Source of the DNA: Planctomycetota bacterium
GTDB taxonomy: Bacteria; Planctomycetota; UBA8108; SXIK01
Assembly (NCBI GenBank): GCA_965223845.1
Contig: CBDCXR010000004.1
Span: 1,440,001 to 1,504,000, forward strand
Length of the DNA stretch: 64,000 nucleotides
Direction of reading: 5' to 3'
Below, piece after piece: positions 1 to 9,373 of the stretch. Positions within the stretch are counted from its first letter, which is position 1. Each line of letters starts with the position of its first letter. Under the pieces are notes generated by a model, which saw nothing but the letters and a program-made list of their open reading frames with translations, was not told the DNA's origin and searched no databases. Both the position numbers and the translations under genes were made by a program.

Positions 1-270
1 CTCCGGCGAACGCTCGTCGACGGACTCTCGTGCTTTTGGAGTCGGTCGCGCCAGGAGTTCTGGGTCAAGGGGCTCACGTCGGGGAACACGCAGAAGGTCG
101 TCGGCGTCTACGTCGATTGCGACCAGGACTGTCTGCTCGTTCTCGTCGAGCAGCAGGGGGCGGCCGTGGCTTGCCACACGGGGAAGCGAACGTGCTTCTT
201 CCGGCGACTGGACGAGAAGGCGGCCGATCTCGCGGATGTCGACGCCGATCGGCCGCACTTCCAAAGCTGA
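1..270 (+). CDS. hisI: Phosphoribosyl-AMP cyclohydrolase, 5'-partial (not in ORF track)
   Basis: Frame 1 translates to ...[59 protein letters not shown]..., with the HisI SRSR/WxKGxTSG, DCDxD and CHTG..CF motifs; stop TGA at 268-270. Confidence 0.95.
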   Translation, partial: LRRTLVDGLSCFWSRSRQEFWVKGLTSGNTQKVVGVYVDCDQDCLLVLVEQQGAAVACHTGKRTCFFRRLDEKAADLADVDADRPHFQS

Positions 271-285
271 GGCGCTGCGAGCGCC

Positions 286-1809
286 TCAGCCTCGCAGTTC
301 CTTCCGCAGAATCTTGCCCGTCGATCCCTTCGGCAGATCGTCCAGGATCTCGAAGAGCCGCGGATACTTCGTCGCCCCGAGGTTCGCCTTGCAGTGCGCG
401 AGAAGCTCCTCCTCCGTCACCTCACCCTTCAGCGAGACGAACGCTTTCACCTCTTCGCCGTACTGGTCGTCCGGGACGCCCACGACGGCCGCCTCGCGCA
501 CTGCTCCGTGCGCATAAAGGACTTCCTCGACTTCCCGCGGGTACACGTTGAACCCGCCGCGGATGATCATGTCCTTCTTCCGGTCGACGATATAGAAGTA
601 GCCGTCTTCGTCCATCTTTCCCACGTCGCCGCTGTGAAACCAGCCGCTGCGGAAGGCTTCCGCCGTCGCGTCCGAACGTTTGTAGTACCCCTTCATGATG
701 TTGAAGCCGCGGATGACGACTTCGCCGACTTCGTTCGGGCCGAGTTCGCGATCGTCGGCGTCGAAGATCTTCACCTCGCACCCGTAGATCGCCTGGCCGA
801 TCGAACCCGGCTTCCGGGGTTTGTACGTAACGTTGAACGTAGCGACGGGCGAGGTTTCCGAGAGTCCGTAACCCTCGAGGATCACCACCCCGTACTTCTT
901 CTCGAATTCCTTCATCACCTCGACCGGCATCGCGGCTCCGCCCGAAAAGCAGTAGCGGAGACTCGAGAGGTCGTAGCGGTCTGCATCCGCGAAGTTGAGG
1001 AGCTGAAAGTACATCGTCGGAACGCCGCTGAAAACCGACACGCGATCGCGCTCCATGACGTGGAGGACGCGCTCGGGGTCGAAGCGCTCGACGTACGTGA
1101 GGCGGGATCCGCCGAACACCGAGCTGTTCTGATTCGCGGTCTGTCCGAACGAGTGAAAGAGAGGAAGTGTCGCGAGGATGGTCTCTCCCGGCCCGAGGCT
1201 CACCGGCTTCTCAGGCGACGAGAGCAGCGACTGATTCGAGAGCTGCGCATTCGAGTACATGTTGAAGTGCGTTAGCTCGGCGCCCTTCGGTTGTCCCGTC
1301 GTTCCGGATGTGTAGAGGATGACGGCCGTCTCCTCCGCAGTAGTACGGGCGATGTCGAGGCGCCTAGTCCAATCGACGGGGTCACCGCCGTTCAAAGTGA
1401 GCGGCCCGTCGCTCTCGTCGAAGACGAAGAGGCGGCGACAAGTGTCGACCTCCTCGAAGCCCTCCTTCGCCGCGGCGTGGTAGTCGTGCCACGCAACGAG
1501 TCCGACGGAGTCGGAGTCTTCGAGAAGATAGGCGATCTCGCGCCCGACGGAGAGGAAACTGATGGGGACGACGGTGCAGCCGGCGTGCAGGATGCCGAAA
1601 TAGGCGATGGTGAAGCTGATGCGATTCGGCGACAGCAGCGCGACCTTCTCTCCGGGACGGATGCCCGTCTCGAGGAGGTGGGCAGCGAAGGCCTGGACGC
1701 GGCCTTCGAACTCGCGATACGAAAGTTGCAGGTCGTCGTGAAGGAGGGCGCAGTGATCCGCGTAGCGGAGCGAGGATTGGCGGACGATTTCCGCGAGATT
1801 GAGGCTCAT
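286..1809 (-). CDS. Long-chain fatty acid--CoA ligase (AMP-binding family)
   Basis: YTSGTTGQPKG, GYGLSETSP, GWFHSGD, DRKKDMIIRGG and C-terminal PKGSTGKILR adenylate-forming motifs. Confidence 0.92.
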   Translation of the reverse strand: MSLNLAEIVRQSSLRYADHCALLHDDLQLSYREFEGRVQAFAAHLLETGIRPGEKVALLSPNRISFTIAYFGILHAGCTVVPISFLSVGREIAYLLEDSDSVGLVAWHDYHAAAKEGFEEVDTCRRLFVFDESDGPLTLNGGDPVDWTRRLDIARTTAEETAVILYTSGTTGQPKGAELTHFNMYSNAQLSNQSLLSSPEKPVSLGPGETILATLPLFHSFGQTANQNSSVFGGSRLTYVERFDPERVLHVMERDRVSVFSGVPTMYFQLLNFADADRYDLSSLRYCFSGGAAMPVEVMKEFEKKYGVVILEGYGLSETSPVATFNVTYKPRKPGSIGQAIYGCEVKIFDADDRELGPNEVGEVVIRGFNIMKGYYKRSDATAEAFRSGWFHSGDVGKMDEDGYFYIVDRKKDMIIRGGFNVYPREVEEVLYAHGAVREAAVVGVPDDQYGEEVKAFVSLKGEVTEEELLAHCKANLGATKYPRLFEILDDLPKGSTGKILRKELRG

Positions 1810-2115
1810 CGAGACTCCGTTCGGGGTGATCTCACGTGTTTGAGGGAGATGACTCGGCGGTCATTCGGTCCGCTCAAACCACGACCTCGTCTCGCTTCTC
1901 GCCGCTAGGAGTCGATGCCTCGCGATTCTCTGGCCAGCCGTGATGCCGCCCGGTTGCGAGACTCTTCGACTCCGCGAGAGAGTGCGCGCGCAGAGCGTGC
2001 GCGCGTCGAGACGGACTCCACGAATGGTCGATGAGAGAGCCGTATCGTGTCAAGAACCGGCCGCTGCCGGCCTGCGGCGATGTCCGTCATCGGGGAGGCG
2101 CGGGGGTTCTCGAGC

Positions 2116-3039
2116 TCAGCGGTCCTCGACGGGCGGCGGACCGTCTTCCGGAAGCACGGGACCCACCGGCTCGCTGTTCGCCGCTGCGTTCGCATCCGCC
2201 CCGTCGACGCGATCGACGAGCTCGAGCGAGCGAATGCTCTCGGCGAACGCCTCTTCGTAGCGGCCGAATGCATTCTCAGGAGACGAGTACGTGAGGACGA
2301 ACACCCACTCGTCGCGCCGCGTAAATACCTGGATCTGACGCACGCTCGAGCCCGCGATGCGATTCCTGACTTCGAAGATCCAGCCGGCGAGCGTTTCTCC
2401 GCCGAACGGCTCGTCGCGGACGACGTGAATGTTCTGCGCCTGTTCCGCGTACGACTCCGCGGCGCGGGTCTTGATCGCGCGGATCTTCTCGTCGGAGCGA
2501 TAGGAGAGGACCGTCAGGTTGGCACTCGTCACCGGATGCTCGAAGTAGCCGACGACACTCGAGGAGAGAGCGCCGTCCTTGCGGAGGAACCCCTTCGGCG
2601 GGGCGACGCGGTAACCCGCCTCGGCATGTTTGATCACATCGTCGACGAGATCGTACCGCGGGGGACGAGGAGATCCGTCGCGCATCCGAACTTCTGGAAG
2701 CGCCGGGCCGACGCCCGTCCGGCGATCGACGTCCGTCTCGTCGTCGGATTCCGGCAGCGTCACGTAGTTCGAGGGCGCGCTCGGCTCCGGCGTGCGGACG
2801 TGGGTCTCCAGCTTCCAATCGTTGCCGTCGCGAATGTCCTTTCGGTAGCTGCGAACCTGCGCGACCCGGAAGGAGAGGATCCCGCCACCGTGAAGTCGGA
2901 TCGAGACCTCGCGTTCGTTCGCCCGCAGGATGTCACCGAAGAACACCTCCCCGGTTCGCAGCTCGATCTTGTCGGCACGGCACGGAACCGCAGCGAGGAG
3001 CGTGAAGGAAACGATGCCGAAGACGGTGCGAGCGTTCAT
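2116..3039 (-). CDS. Exported hypothetical protein; possible PsbP/DcrB-like C-terminal domain
   Basis: Signal peptide (..TLLAAVPCRA), then DKIELRTGEVFFGDIL; C-terminal GYRVAPPKGF...VFVLTYSS...FAESIRSLEL resembles PsbP-like folds. Confidence 0.6.
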   Translation of the reverse strand: MNARTVFGIVSFTLLAAVPCRADKIELRTGEVFFGDILRANEREVSIRLHGGGILSFRVAQVRSYRKDIRDGNDWKLETHVRTPEPSAPSNYVTLPESDDETDVDRRTGVGPALPEVRMRDGSPRPPRYDLVDDVIKHAEAGYRVAPPKGFLRKDGALSSSVVGYFEHPVTSANLTVLSYRSDEKIRAIKTRAAESYAEQAQNIHVVRDEPFGGETLAGWIFEVRNRIAGSSVRQIQVFTRRDEWVFVLTYSSPENAFGRYEEAFAESIRSLELVDRVDGADANAAANSEPVGPVLPEDGPPPVEDR

Positions 3040-3427
3040 GGGCGCAGCTCTCGAGCGGCTGAGTTTCGGACCGGGGCGAAGACGGGAACGCGATCTGAGG
3101 ACGCGGCGGACGGGCCGAGAACCCGCAACCGGCTGTGGACGGTCGGGAGTTCACAGGATCGGACCGGCCGCCACCATCCCCCGAAAAGCTTAGGATGCGG
3201 AGTCGAGATCGCCCAGCGAGAGCACCTCCGCGCGACGCAACTCTATCGGACGAAGACAGATAGACGCTGTCGCAACGCCGAGAGCGCGAGTTCTCGGGCG
3301 AAGGATCAGCGGTTCGATCGGTTTGGCACGCGCAAACCGAGATCGGGTCAAGATCGAGGTTTCGATCGACGCGCGCGCTCCGCCTACAGTCGGGCTTCGT
3401 GCCGTTCGTCCCGCCGGACGGAATCGG

Positions 3428-4786
3428 TCAGTGCGCGAGATCTCCCGTCCACCACTTCTGCCAGTCCTCGACCTCGGTTCCGCGCTCTCGCTGCCCGCCG
3501 GATTCCCAGAACGCAGGATTGGTGATCGTGGGCTTGCCCGTTAGCGACACGAGACTCTCCGCGGCGGCGCGGCGGAGGCGTCCGCTCTGGCTTTCGAGAA
3601 GATCGATGAGGAGCGGGATCCATTGCGATCGGTAGACGACGCTCTCTCCGACGAGTCCGACCACCTCGATGCGAAACTCTTCCGGCTCTCTCGCGTCGAG
3701 CACACGCCCCCGCAGCTCGCGCAATGCCTCCTGGATCCAAGGCTCGCCGAAGACGAATGAGAACGGTGTCGACTCGAGGCGCCGGAGAAACGCCGTGTAC
3801 GCCGCGTGCCGTCGCTCACGGCGTGGGTCGTCGAAGAGCGCGCGGAGTCCCCGTAGGATGCGCCGGTCGTCGCGTCCCCGAGGAGAGCCGAGCTCCCTCA
3901 GCGCCCACGCGCCGGTCAATCGGAGCTCGGGAGCGGCCGACCGCGCGAGCTCGAGGAGGTGTCCGGTTCGGTCGAAGCCGCGGAGAAACACGTTCCAACC
4001 GGCTTCGAGCTCGACGAGCTCGTCGTGGCTGAGCCGGAGAAGGTGGCGAATCCGCTCGTCCAGCGGACGCTCGGGGGAGAAGTGGTGCGTGAGGACGTAG
4101 TAGACGAGCGACCACGAGAGCGCGTAGTTGCGCTCCTTCGCGTCGCTCGCGTGAAACTCGCTCCAGCGTTTTTCGACGAGCTCTCTCACGCGGAGTGGCG
4201 ACTCGTTGGCGAACGCTGCACGCGATGCGACCTGGAAGAGCACGGGGTGGAAGAGCGGATACTCGAAGTGGCGCTCGTCGAAGAGCGTCACCTCTAGAGT
4301 TCCCGCGAGTCCTTCGTTCAGCCAGCAGCTACGTCCGGCCTCCGGGTGCACCATCGCGATGAAGTGATGGGCGATCTCGTGAAGAAGAATCTGACCGAGA
4401 ACGCGATCGAGCTCGGGCCAAACGGGATTCGTATCGATGCAGACGTAGTCGAGGAGAGGAACGTAGTACCCGAGAACGTCCGGGGAGTAGCGGTAGTCGA
4501 GAACGTCGGAGTCCGCTCCTTCGAGAACGATCGTCAGGTGATCATAGTCATCGCGCGATAGCGCGAACACGTCGAAATACGCGTTGACGATGTGCTCTAC
4601 ATCGCGTCCGACCGAAGAAACGAACTCCCGGTCGCGATCCGAGTAGATCACGAAACCGTCCGAGCGGTAGCTCTGATCGTAGACGAGCTCGCAGCTCGTA
4701 CCGCCGAACGCGCTCAAGGCGATCGTCGCCAGGGACAAGGCCGCACGCCGATAGCGATGGTCGCGAGACCGACTCCAAACACTCAC
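3428..4786 (-). CDS. Putative lipoprotein zinc metallopeptidase (gluzincin) with C-terminal HEAT-like helices
   Basis: Lipobox-like GGTSC; LLHEIAHH plus downstream WLNEGLA; helical repeats (LIDLLESQSGRLRRAAAESL); GTG start overlaps the upstream stop (GTGA). Confidence 0.7.
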   Translation of the reverse strand: MSVWSRSRDHRYRRAALSLATIALSAFGGTSCELVYDQSYRSDGFVIYSDRDREFVSSVGRDVEHIVNAYFDVFALSRDDYDHLTIVLEGADSDVLDYRYSPDVLGYYVPLLDYVCIDTNPVWPELDRVLGQILLHEIAHHFIAMVHPEAGRSCWLNEGLAGTLEVTLFDERHFEYPLFHPVLFQVASRAAFANESPLRVRELVEKRWSEFHASDAKERNYALSWSLVYYVLTHHFSPERPLDERIRHLLRLSHDELVELEAGWNVFLRGFDRTGHLLELARSAAPELRLTGAWALRELGSPRGRDDRRILRGLRALFDDPRRERRHAAYTAFLRRLESTPFSFVFGEPWIQEALRELRGRVLDAREPEEFRIEVVGLVGESVVYRSQWIPLLIDLLESQSGRLRRAAAESLVSLTGKPTITNPAFWESGGQRERGTEVEDWQKWWTGDLAH

Positions 4787-5214
4787 TGACGAATCCCGCC
4801 CGTCTTGGGATGGAGGATGACCCGAGTCGACGGCTCGTCGCTCAGACCGTCGAAGCGGTAGCGAACGGTGGCGGACTTCGTCCAGTGATCGCTCGGATCG
4901 ACGCTAACGAAGAACTCGAAGCGAACTTCGTAGAGCGGAACGCTCGCGCTGTCGTGTTCCGAGCGTAAGATGCGCTCGATCTCTCGGCGGGCGATTTCGC
5001 GGTAGCCGGCGACGTCGAGCTCGTCCTCGATGTGAACGACGCACTCGAGCACATCTTTGTGGGGGCGCGCGGGCGACGTCTGATAGGACGGAGCTCCGGC
5101 GCAGCCGACGAGCGCGAGCGACCAAAGGGCGGACGCGGTCGCCGCGGCGAATGCGACGCGGTGAAGCGCGTCGGCAACAGAGAGGTGGTTGAAGACGGAG
5201 CGGTGGCGGGACAT
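4783..5214 (-). CDS. Small putative lipoprotein of unknown function
   Basis: Hydrophobic signal with LALVGC lipobox; translationally coupled to the downstream peptidase gene. Confidence 0.65.
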   Translation of the reverse strand: MSRHRSVFNHLSVADALHRVAFAAATASALWSLALVGCAGAPSYQTSPARPHKDVLECVVHIEDELDVAGYREIARREIERILRSEHDSASVPLYEVRFEFFVSVDPSDHWTKSATVRYRFDGLSDEPSTRVILHPKTGGIRQ

Positions 5215-5284
5215 CGGCGCGGGGAGAGCGGGGGGCGGGAGGCCGGGCGACCGGCCGGGGACTCACGCGGACGCATCGCTGAAG

Positions 5285-5301
5285 TGCAGAACCCGTGCCC
5301 A
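5285..5301 (-). promoter_or_regulatory. Putative sigma54 (-24/-12) promoter
   Basis: Minus strand TGGGCACGGGTTCTGCA fits GG-N10-GC with the CACG core, about 70 bp upstream of the lipoprotein start at 5214. Confidence 0.5.
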
Positions 5302-5343
5302 AGCCCGATCGACGCCGTGTCGGAGAGCGAGAGCGACGACGCG

Positions 5344-5802
5344 CTACGGTGAGAGGAGACGGCGAACCTCGGCCGGCGCGGTGGCAATCGCCGTCCGGGC
5401 GCGGTCGTGCGCTTCGAGCCACTCGGCCAGCGATTCCGCGGGCCGCGGACCGTTCTGAATGAGGACGGTGACGAATCCCTCCGGCGCGGCGCCCCGCGCG
5501 ACGTCGAGCGTCCAGTCTTTGGACCATCGGACGATCCCGGCCCCCGCGGGGACGATCGCTTCGCGCCCGGCGGAGCGTGCGGTGACGACGCCGCGCCAGG
5601 GGTCGAAGGACGACTCCGGACTGAGGAGAACGACGACGCGAAGTCGCTCGGAGGACGCGAAGACATCGATGCGTCGGTCGGCAAACTGCGCGGAAACGAG
5701 GAGACGCGCCGGGGGGCGCTCCCAGCGGTCGAGCGAGACCAGGCCCCACCCGAGCGCGGCGAGAAGAGCGAGGACCGTTCCAGCACGAAGCCTACGCGAC
5801 AC
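5344..5802 (-). CDS. Membrane-anchored hypothetical protein
   Basis: N-terminal hydrophobic segment (GTVLALLAALGWGLV); same orientation as its neighbours; no family recognised. Confidence 0.5.
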   Translation of the reverse strand: MSRRLRAGTVLALLAALGWGLVSLDRWERPPARLLVSAQFADRRIDVFASSERLRVVVLLSPESSFDPWRGVVTARSAGREAIVPAGAGIVRWSKDWTLDVARGAAPEGFVTVLIQNGPRPAESLAEWLEAHDRARTAIATAPAEVRRLLSP

Positions 5803-5889
5803 GCCCGTTCTCTCCGATCGATTCGTTCAAGGCCGGTCTCCCTTCGTTCCTCTCTCGACGCTTCTCGTCGATCGAGGACCGGGCCGCGA

Positions 5890-6582
5890 TCAGACCCCGC
5901 GTGCGTCTGGATCCCAGACGAGCTTGTGGAGCTGTAGGTTGAGGCGCACCGGCAGCGCATCCGCGAGGATCCACTCCGCCAGATCGCGCGGCGATAGTTC
6001 GCCGAAGGACGGCGAGAGGTGAACGGGGATCTCCGCCGGCCAGCGATCCCGATTCGCCCGCAGCCACTCCCGCGCCCATTCGTAGTCCGCGCGATCTCGA
6101 ACGACGAGCTTGAGCTCGTCGCCGCCGCGCAGCTCGTCGGGTACGGTCCGGCGGTTGTGCCGCTCCATGCCGCTCCCCGGAGTCTTCCAGTCCACGATCC
6201 GCTTCACGCGCGGGTCGACCGCATCGATCGCCACGGCACCGCTCGTTTCGAGGAGAACCTCGTAGCCAGCGTCTGCGAGGCCGGTCATGAGGGGATGCAC
6301 GGCGCGCTGGAGAAGCGGCTCGCCGCCGGTGACCTCGACGAGATCGCAGCCGGCGCGCTCGACTTCGCCGAGGACGTGGCCGACGGTCATCCGCCGACCG
6401 TCGAAGAAGGAGTACTCGGTGTCGCACCAGACGCACCGCAGGTGACAGCCGGTGAGCCGGACGAAGAAACACGGCCTTCCGGCGTGAGTCGATTCCCCCT
6501 GCACACTGAGAAAGAGCTCGCTCACGAAAAGCTCGTCGGGCGCGAGATCCGCGAGCTCACGCGGAAGGAGCGATGCCTTCAC
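5890..6582 (-). CDS. queE: 7-carboxy-7-deazaguanine synthase (radical SAM)
   Basis: ELFLSVQGES, CxxxCxxC (GCHLRCVWCDT), VTGGEPLLQ, ETSG, QLHK. Confidence 0.92.
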   Translation of the reverse strand: MKASLLPRELADLAPDELFVSELFLSVQGESTHAGRPCFFVRLTGCHLRCVWCDTEYSFFDGRRMTVGHVLGEVERAGCDLVEVTGGEPLLQRAVHPLMTGLADAGYEVLLETSGAVAIDAVDPRVKRIVDWKTPGSGMERHNRRTVPDELRGGDELKLVVRDRADYEWAREWLRANRDRWPAEIPVHLSPSFGELSPRDLAEWILADALPVRLNLQLHKLVWDPDARGV

Positions 6583-7139
6583 GAGGCGACCAACATCCCC
6601 GCTCGCAGCTCGGCAGCGGTGTCCGCGCCGCAGAGCTCCTCGACGAGCGCCAGCGAAAAGTCGAGGGCCGTACCCGGCCCCCGGCTCGTCACGACGTTGC
6701 CGTCGCGGACGACGCGGTCCTCGACGCAGTCTGCGCCGGTGAGCTCACCTTCGAATCCGGGGTAGCTCGTCGCGCGCTTCCCAGTGAGAACTCCCGCCGC
6801 CCCGAGCGCGATCGGGGCCGCGCAGATCGCGGCGACGCGACGCCCGGACGAGTGTTGAGCGCGAAGGAGTCGCTGCACGCCGGCGTCGTCGCGCAGATGG
6901 TGCGCGCCGGGAAGCCCGCCGGGGAGCACGACCAAGTCCCACGTCGATTCTGCGGCCGCAGCGAGCGGCGCGTCCGCCGTGACGACGACCCCGTGACTTC
7001 CGGTCACTCCGAGATCGCCAGCGGAGTCGCCGACGCGAGCGACACAGACCTCGACGCCGGCGCGCCGGAGGACGTCGACAATCGTGATCGCCTCGATCTC
7101 TTCGAATCCATCGGCGAGCGGAACGCAGGCGCGCGGCAT
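6579..7139 (-). CDS. DJ-1/PfpI family protein (YajL/ThiJ-like)
   Basis: LADGFEEIEA, LPGGLPG, AAICAAP (nucleophile Cys), TSRGPGTA; start trimmed to the ATG at 7139; stop overlaps the queE GTG. Confidence 0.9.
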   Translation of the reverse strand: MPRACVPLADGFEEIEAITIVDVLRRAGVEVCVARVGDSAGDLGVTGSHGVVVTADAPLAAAAESTWDLVVLPGGLPGAHHLRDDAGVQRLLRAQHSSGRRVAAICAAPIALGAAGVLTGKRATSYPGFEGELTGADCVEDRVVRDGNVVTSRGPGTALDFSLALVEELCGADTAAELRAGMLVAS

Positions 7140-7228
7140 GGGTTGATCCTCTTTTTGACGCAAAATCGCTTCGGTCGGACGGACTCGCGAGTGTAGCTCT
7201 CCGCGAGAGGTGGATCCACGAAAACCGA

Positions 7229-8467
7229 CTACTCCCCCGCGGGGCGCGTCGACTCGTTCCGTTCGTCTCCGACGGGTTCGACTTCCGCGGCCGACACGAG
7301 CGCGGTCACTTCCGTCTCGATGTCGAACTCGGATTCCGCCTCCTCCAACTGCGCGACGGTCGTCCTCGTTGCGGGATTCGACGGCATCAAGAACGAACAG
7401 CAGTCGTCGTGCGGCTCGATCGATGTTTCGAAGGTACCGATGCGCTTTGCTTCGTTCACGATGTCGACCTTGTCCCACCCGATGAGGGGCCGGAGGATCG
7501 GCCGGTCGCTCGCGGCGTCGATCGAGCGGATATTCTCGAGAGTCTGACTCGCGACTTGCCCGAGGCTCTCCCCGGTAACGAGCGCGTGGGCCCGTTCCTT
7601 CCGCGCGATCGCCGCGCTCGCGCGGACCATGAAGCGGCGGTAGAGGACGACGCGAAGAGGGGGTGGGCAGTCGCTCACGATGCGACGTTGGAGCTCCGCG
7701 AACGGGATCATATAGAGGCGACTGTTCGCACCGGCCGGATGGATGCAGCGGACGAGGTCGCGAACCTTATCCTGACTCTCGATTCCGGTGTGCGGATAGC
7801 TGTGGAAGTGGACGTACACCGGGACCGCGCCACGCTGAAGGAGCCGGTACGCGGCGACGGGTGAGTCGATGCCGCCCGATTGGAGGCAGACCACGCGACC
7901 CGAGACCCCCGTGGGAAGCCCGCCGGGGCCTTCGACGCGTCCGAGCGCGACGAACGCCGTCCGGCCGACGAGATCGATGCGGATGGCGAGCTCCGGCGTC
8001 GCGAGATCGACCGGCCAGCCGGTGAGCTCCTGGACGTGCGCACCGACCGCGCGCTGCACGTCGACGGAGGTGTAGGGCAGATCCTTCGCGCCGCGTTTGC
8101 ACCGTATCGCAAAGCGGAGCGGTCCGTCGATTCCGCTGACGAGCTCTCCAACCGTCGCGTTGATCGCCGGCAGATCGCTGCCGCAGGAGACCGCGGGGAG
8201 GACGTAGGCGACACCGAAGACGCGCGCGAGACGATCCGTAGCATCGCGCCATGCGCTGGGTGAGCCGGGCTCCACTTCGAGTCGTCCGTGGAGACGGCGG
8301 ACTCGCGCTCCGCCGACGGGACGAAGGGCCGCGCGAATGTTCTCGACGAGGCGGTTCTCGAACTGGCCGCGATTCTTGCCCTTGAGACCGATCTCGCCGT
8401 AGTGAACGACGATGCGCGACGGCGGCCGGCGATCGAGGACTGCGGGGAGAGTGGACGGCGAGATCAT
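7229..8467 (-). CDS. thiI: tRNA 4-thiouridine(8) synthase, short form without rhodanese domain
   Basis: HYGEIGLKGKNR, THUMP region, PP-loop SGGIDS, TGESLGQVASQT, DDCC; start position uncertain. Confidence 0.92.
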   Translation of the reverse strand: MISPSTLPAVLDRRPPSRIVVHYGEIGLKGKNRGQFENRLVENIRAALRPVGGARVRRLHGRLEVEPGSPSAWRDATDRLARVFGVAYVLPAVSCGSDLPAINATVGELVSGIDGPLRFAIRCKRGAKDLPYTSVDVQRAVGAHVQELTGWPVDLATPELAIRIDLVGRTAFVALGRVEGPGGLPTGVSGRVVCLQSGGIDSPVAAYRLLQRGAVPVYVHFHSYPHTGIESQDKVRDLVRCIHPAGANSRLYMIPFAELQRRIVSDCPPPLRVVLYRRFMVRASAAIARKERAHALVTGESLGQVASQTLENIRSIDAASDRPILRPLIGWDKVDIVNEAKRIGTFETSIEPHDDCCSFLMPSNPATRTTVAQLEEAESEFDIETEVTALVSAAEVEPVGDERNESTRPAGE

Positions 8468-8811
8468 TGCGTGCGAGTGGTGGTTTCGACGGATTCGAAG
8501 CGACGCGGAAGGGAGGCGCGCCACCTTCTTCTCGCCCTACGATCGAGCCGTTGGGCGCCGACAACCCGACGAGTATCGTTCGCGGGCGAGCACGTGTAAA
8601 CCCCCGCGAAGCTCACGGGTTCGAGCAGCAGAGTGGGTGTCCGAGTTCGCGCCGGAATTCGGTGGGGATTCCCCGCATCGCCCCGCATGATTGCTGGAGT
8701 CGGAAGCGCCGCTCGCGCGCGCTCGACGATTCGGGGCGGGGCTCGATCCTCGTGGATCGTGTGGCGGTCCAGGAAACGAATGATCTCGACTGAGAATGAA
8801 AGGACGGTGAC

Positions 8812-9321
8812 ATGGGAATGGTCGATGCGATGGTCGAGGAGCTGAAGCACGAGGCGACCAGTACTCGACGTCTCCTCGAGAGGGTCCCGGAGGAGCACTT
8901 CGACTGGCAGCCGCACGAGAAGTCGATGTCGCTGCAGGCGTTGGCGTCGCACGTGGTCGACGGAATCTCGTGGGCGCTCCCGACTCTCGCTCAGGACGAG
9001 ATGACGATCGACCCCGAAACGTTTACTCCGTGGATTGGCGGGAGCGTCGCCGAACTGCTGAGCAAGTTCGACGAGAACGTCGAAGCCGCCGTGGAGGCTA
9101 TGAGCGCTGCGAGCGACGAGCGGCTTCTCCAGCCGTGGACGATGAAGGTGGGGGATCAGGTCGCGTTCAGCATGCCCCGAGTGGTGGTCCTTCGATCGTT
9201 CGTCCTCAATCACACGATTCATCATCGCGGACAGCTCGACGTGTACCTGCGATTGAAGGACGTGCCGCTACCGCAGATCTACGGCCCGACGGCGGACGAA
9301 CCGGATATGGTCATGGGCTGA
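8812..9321 (+). CDS. DinB family protein
   Basis: PHEKSMSL..LASHV and NHTIHHRGQLDVYLR..P.IYGP motifs. Confidence 0.88.
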   Translation: MGMVDAMVEELKHEATSTRRLLERVPEEHFDWQPHEKSMSLQALASHVVDGISWALPTLAQDEMTIDPETFTPWIGGSVAELLSKFDENVEAAVEAMSAASDERLLQPWTMKVGDQVAFSMPRVVVLRSFVLNHTIHHRGQLDVYLRLKDVPLPQIYGPTADEPDMVMG

Positions 9322-9373
9322 GACGGCTCGTCGGTCCGCGACCCGCGAAGCGGCGTCGATGGAAGCCCCGACC

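Noticed and set aside
3316-3340. Sigma54 site at TTTGGCACGCGC
   Set aside because: No GC at the -12 position; better explained as the hairpin CGGTTTG..CAAACCG.
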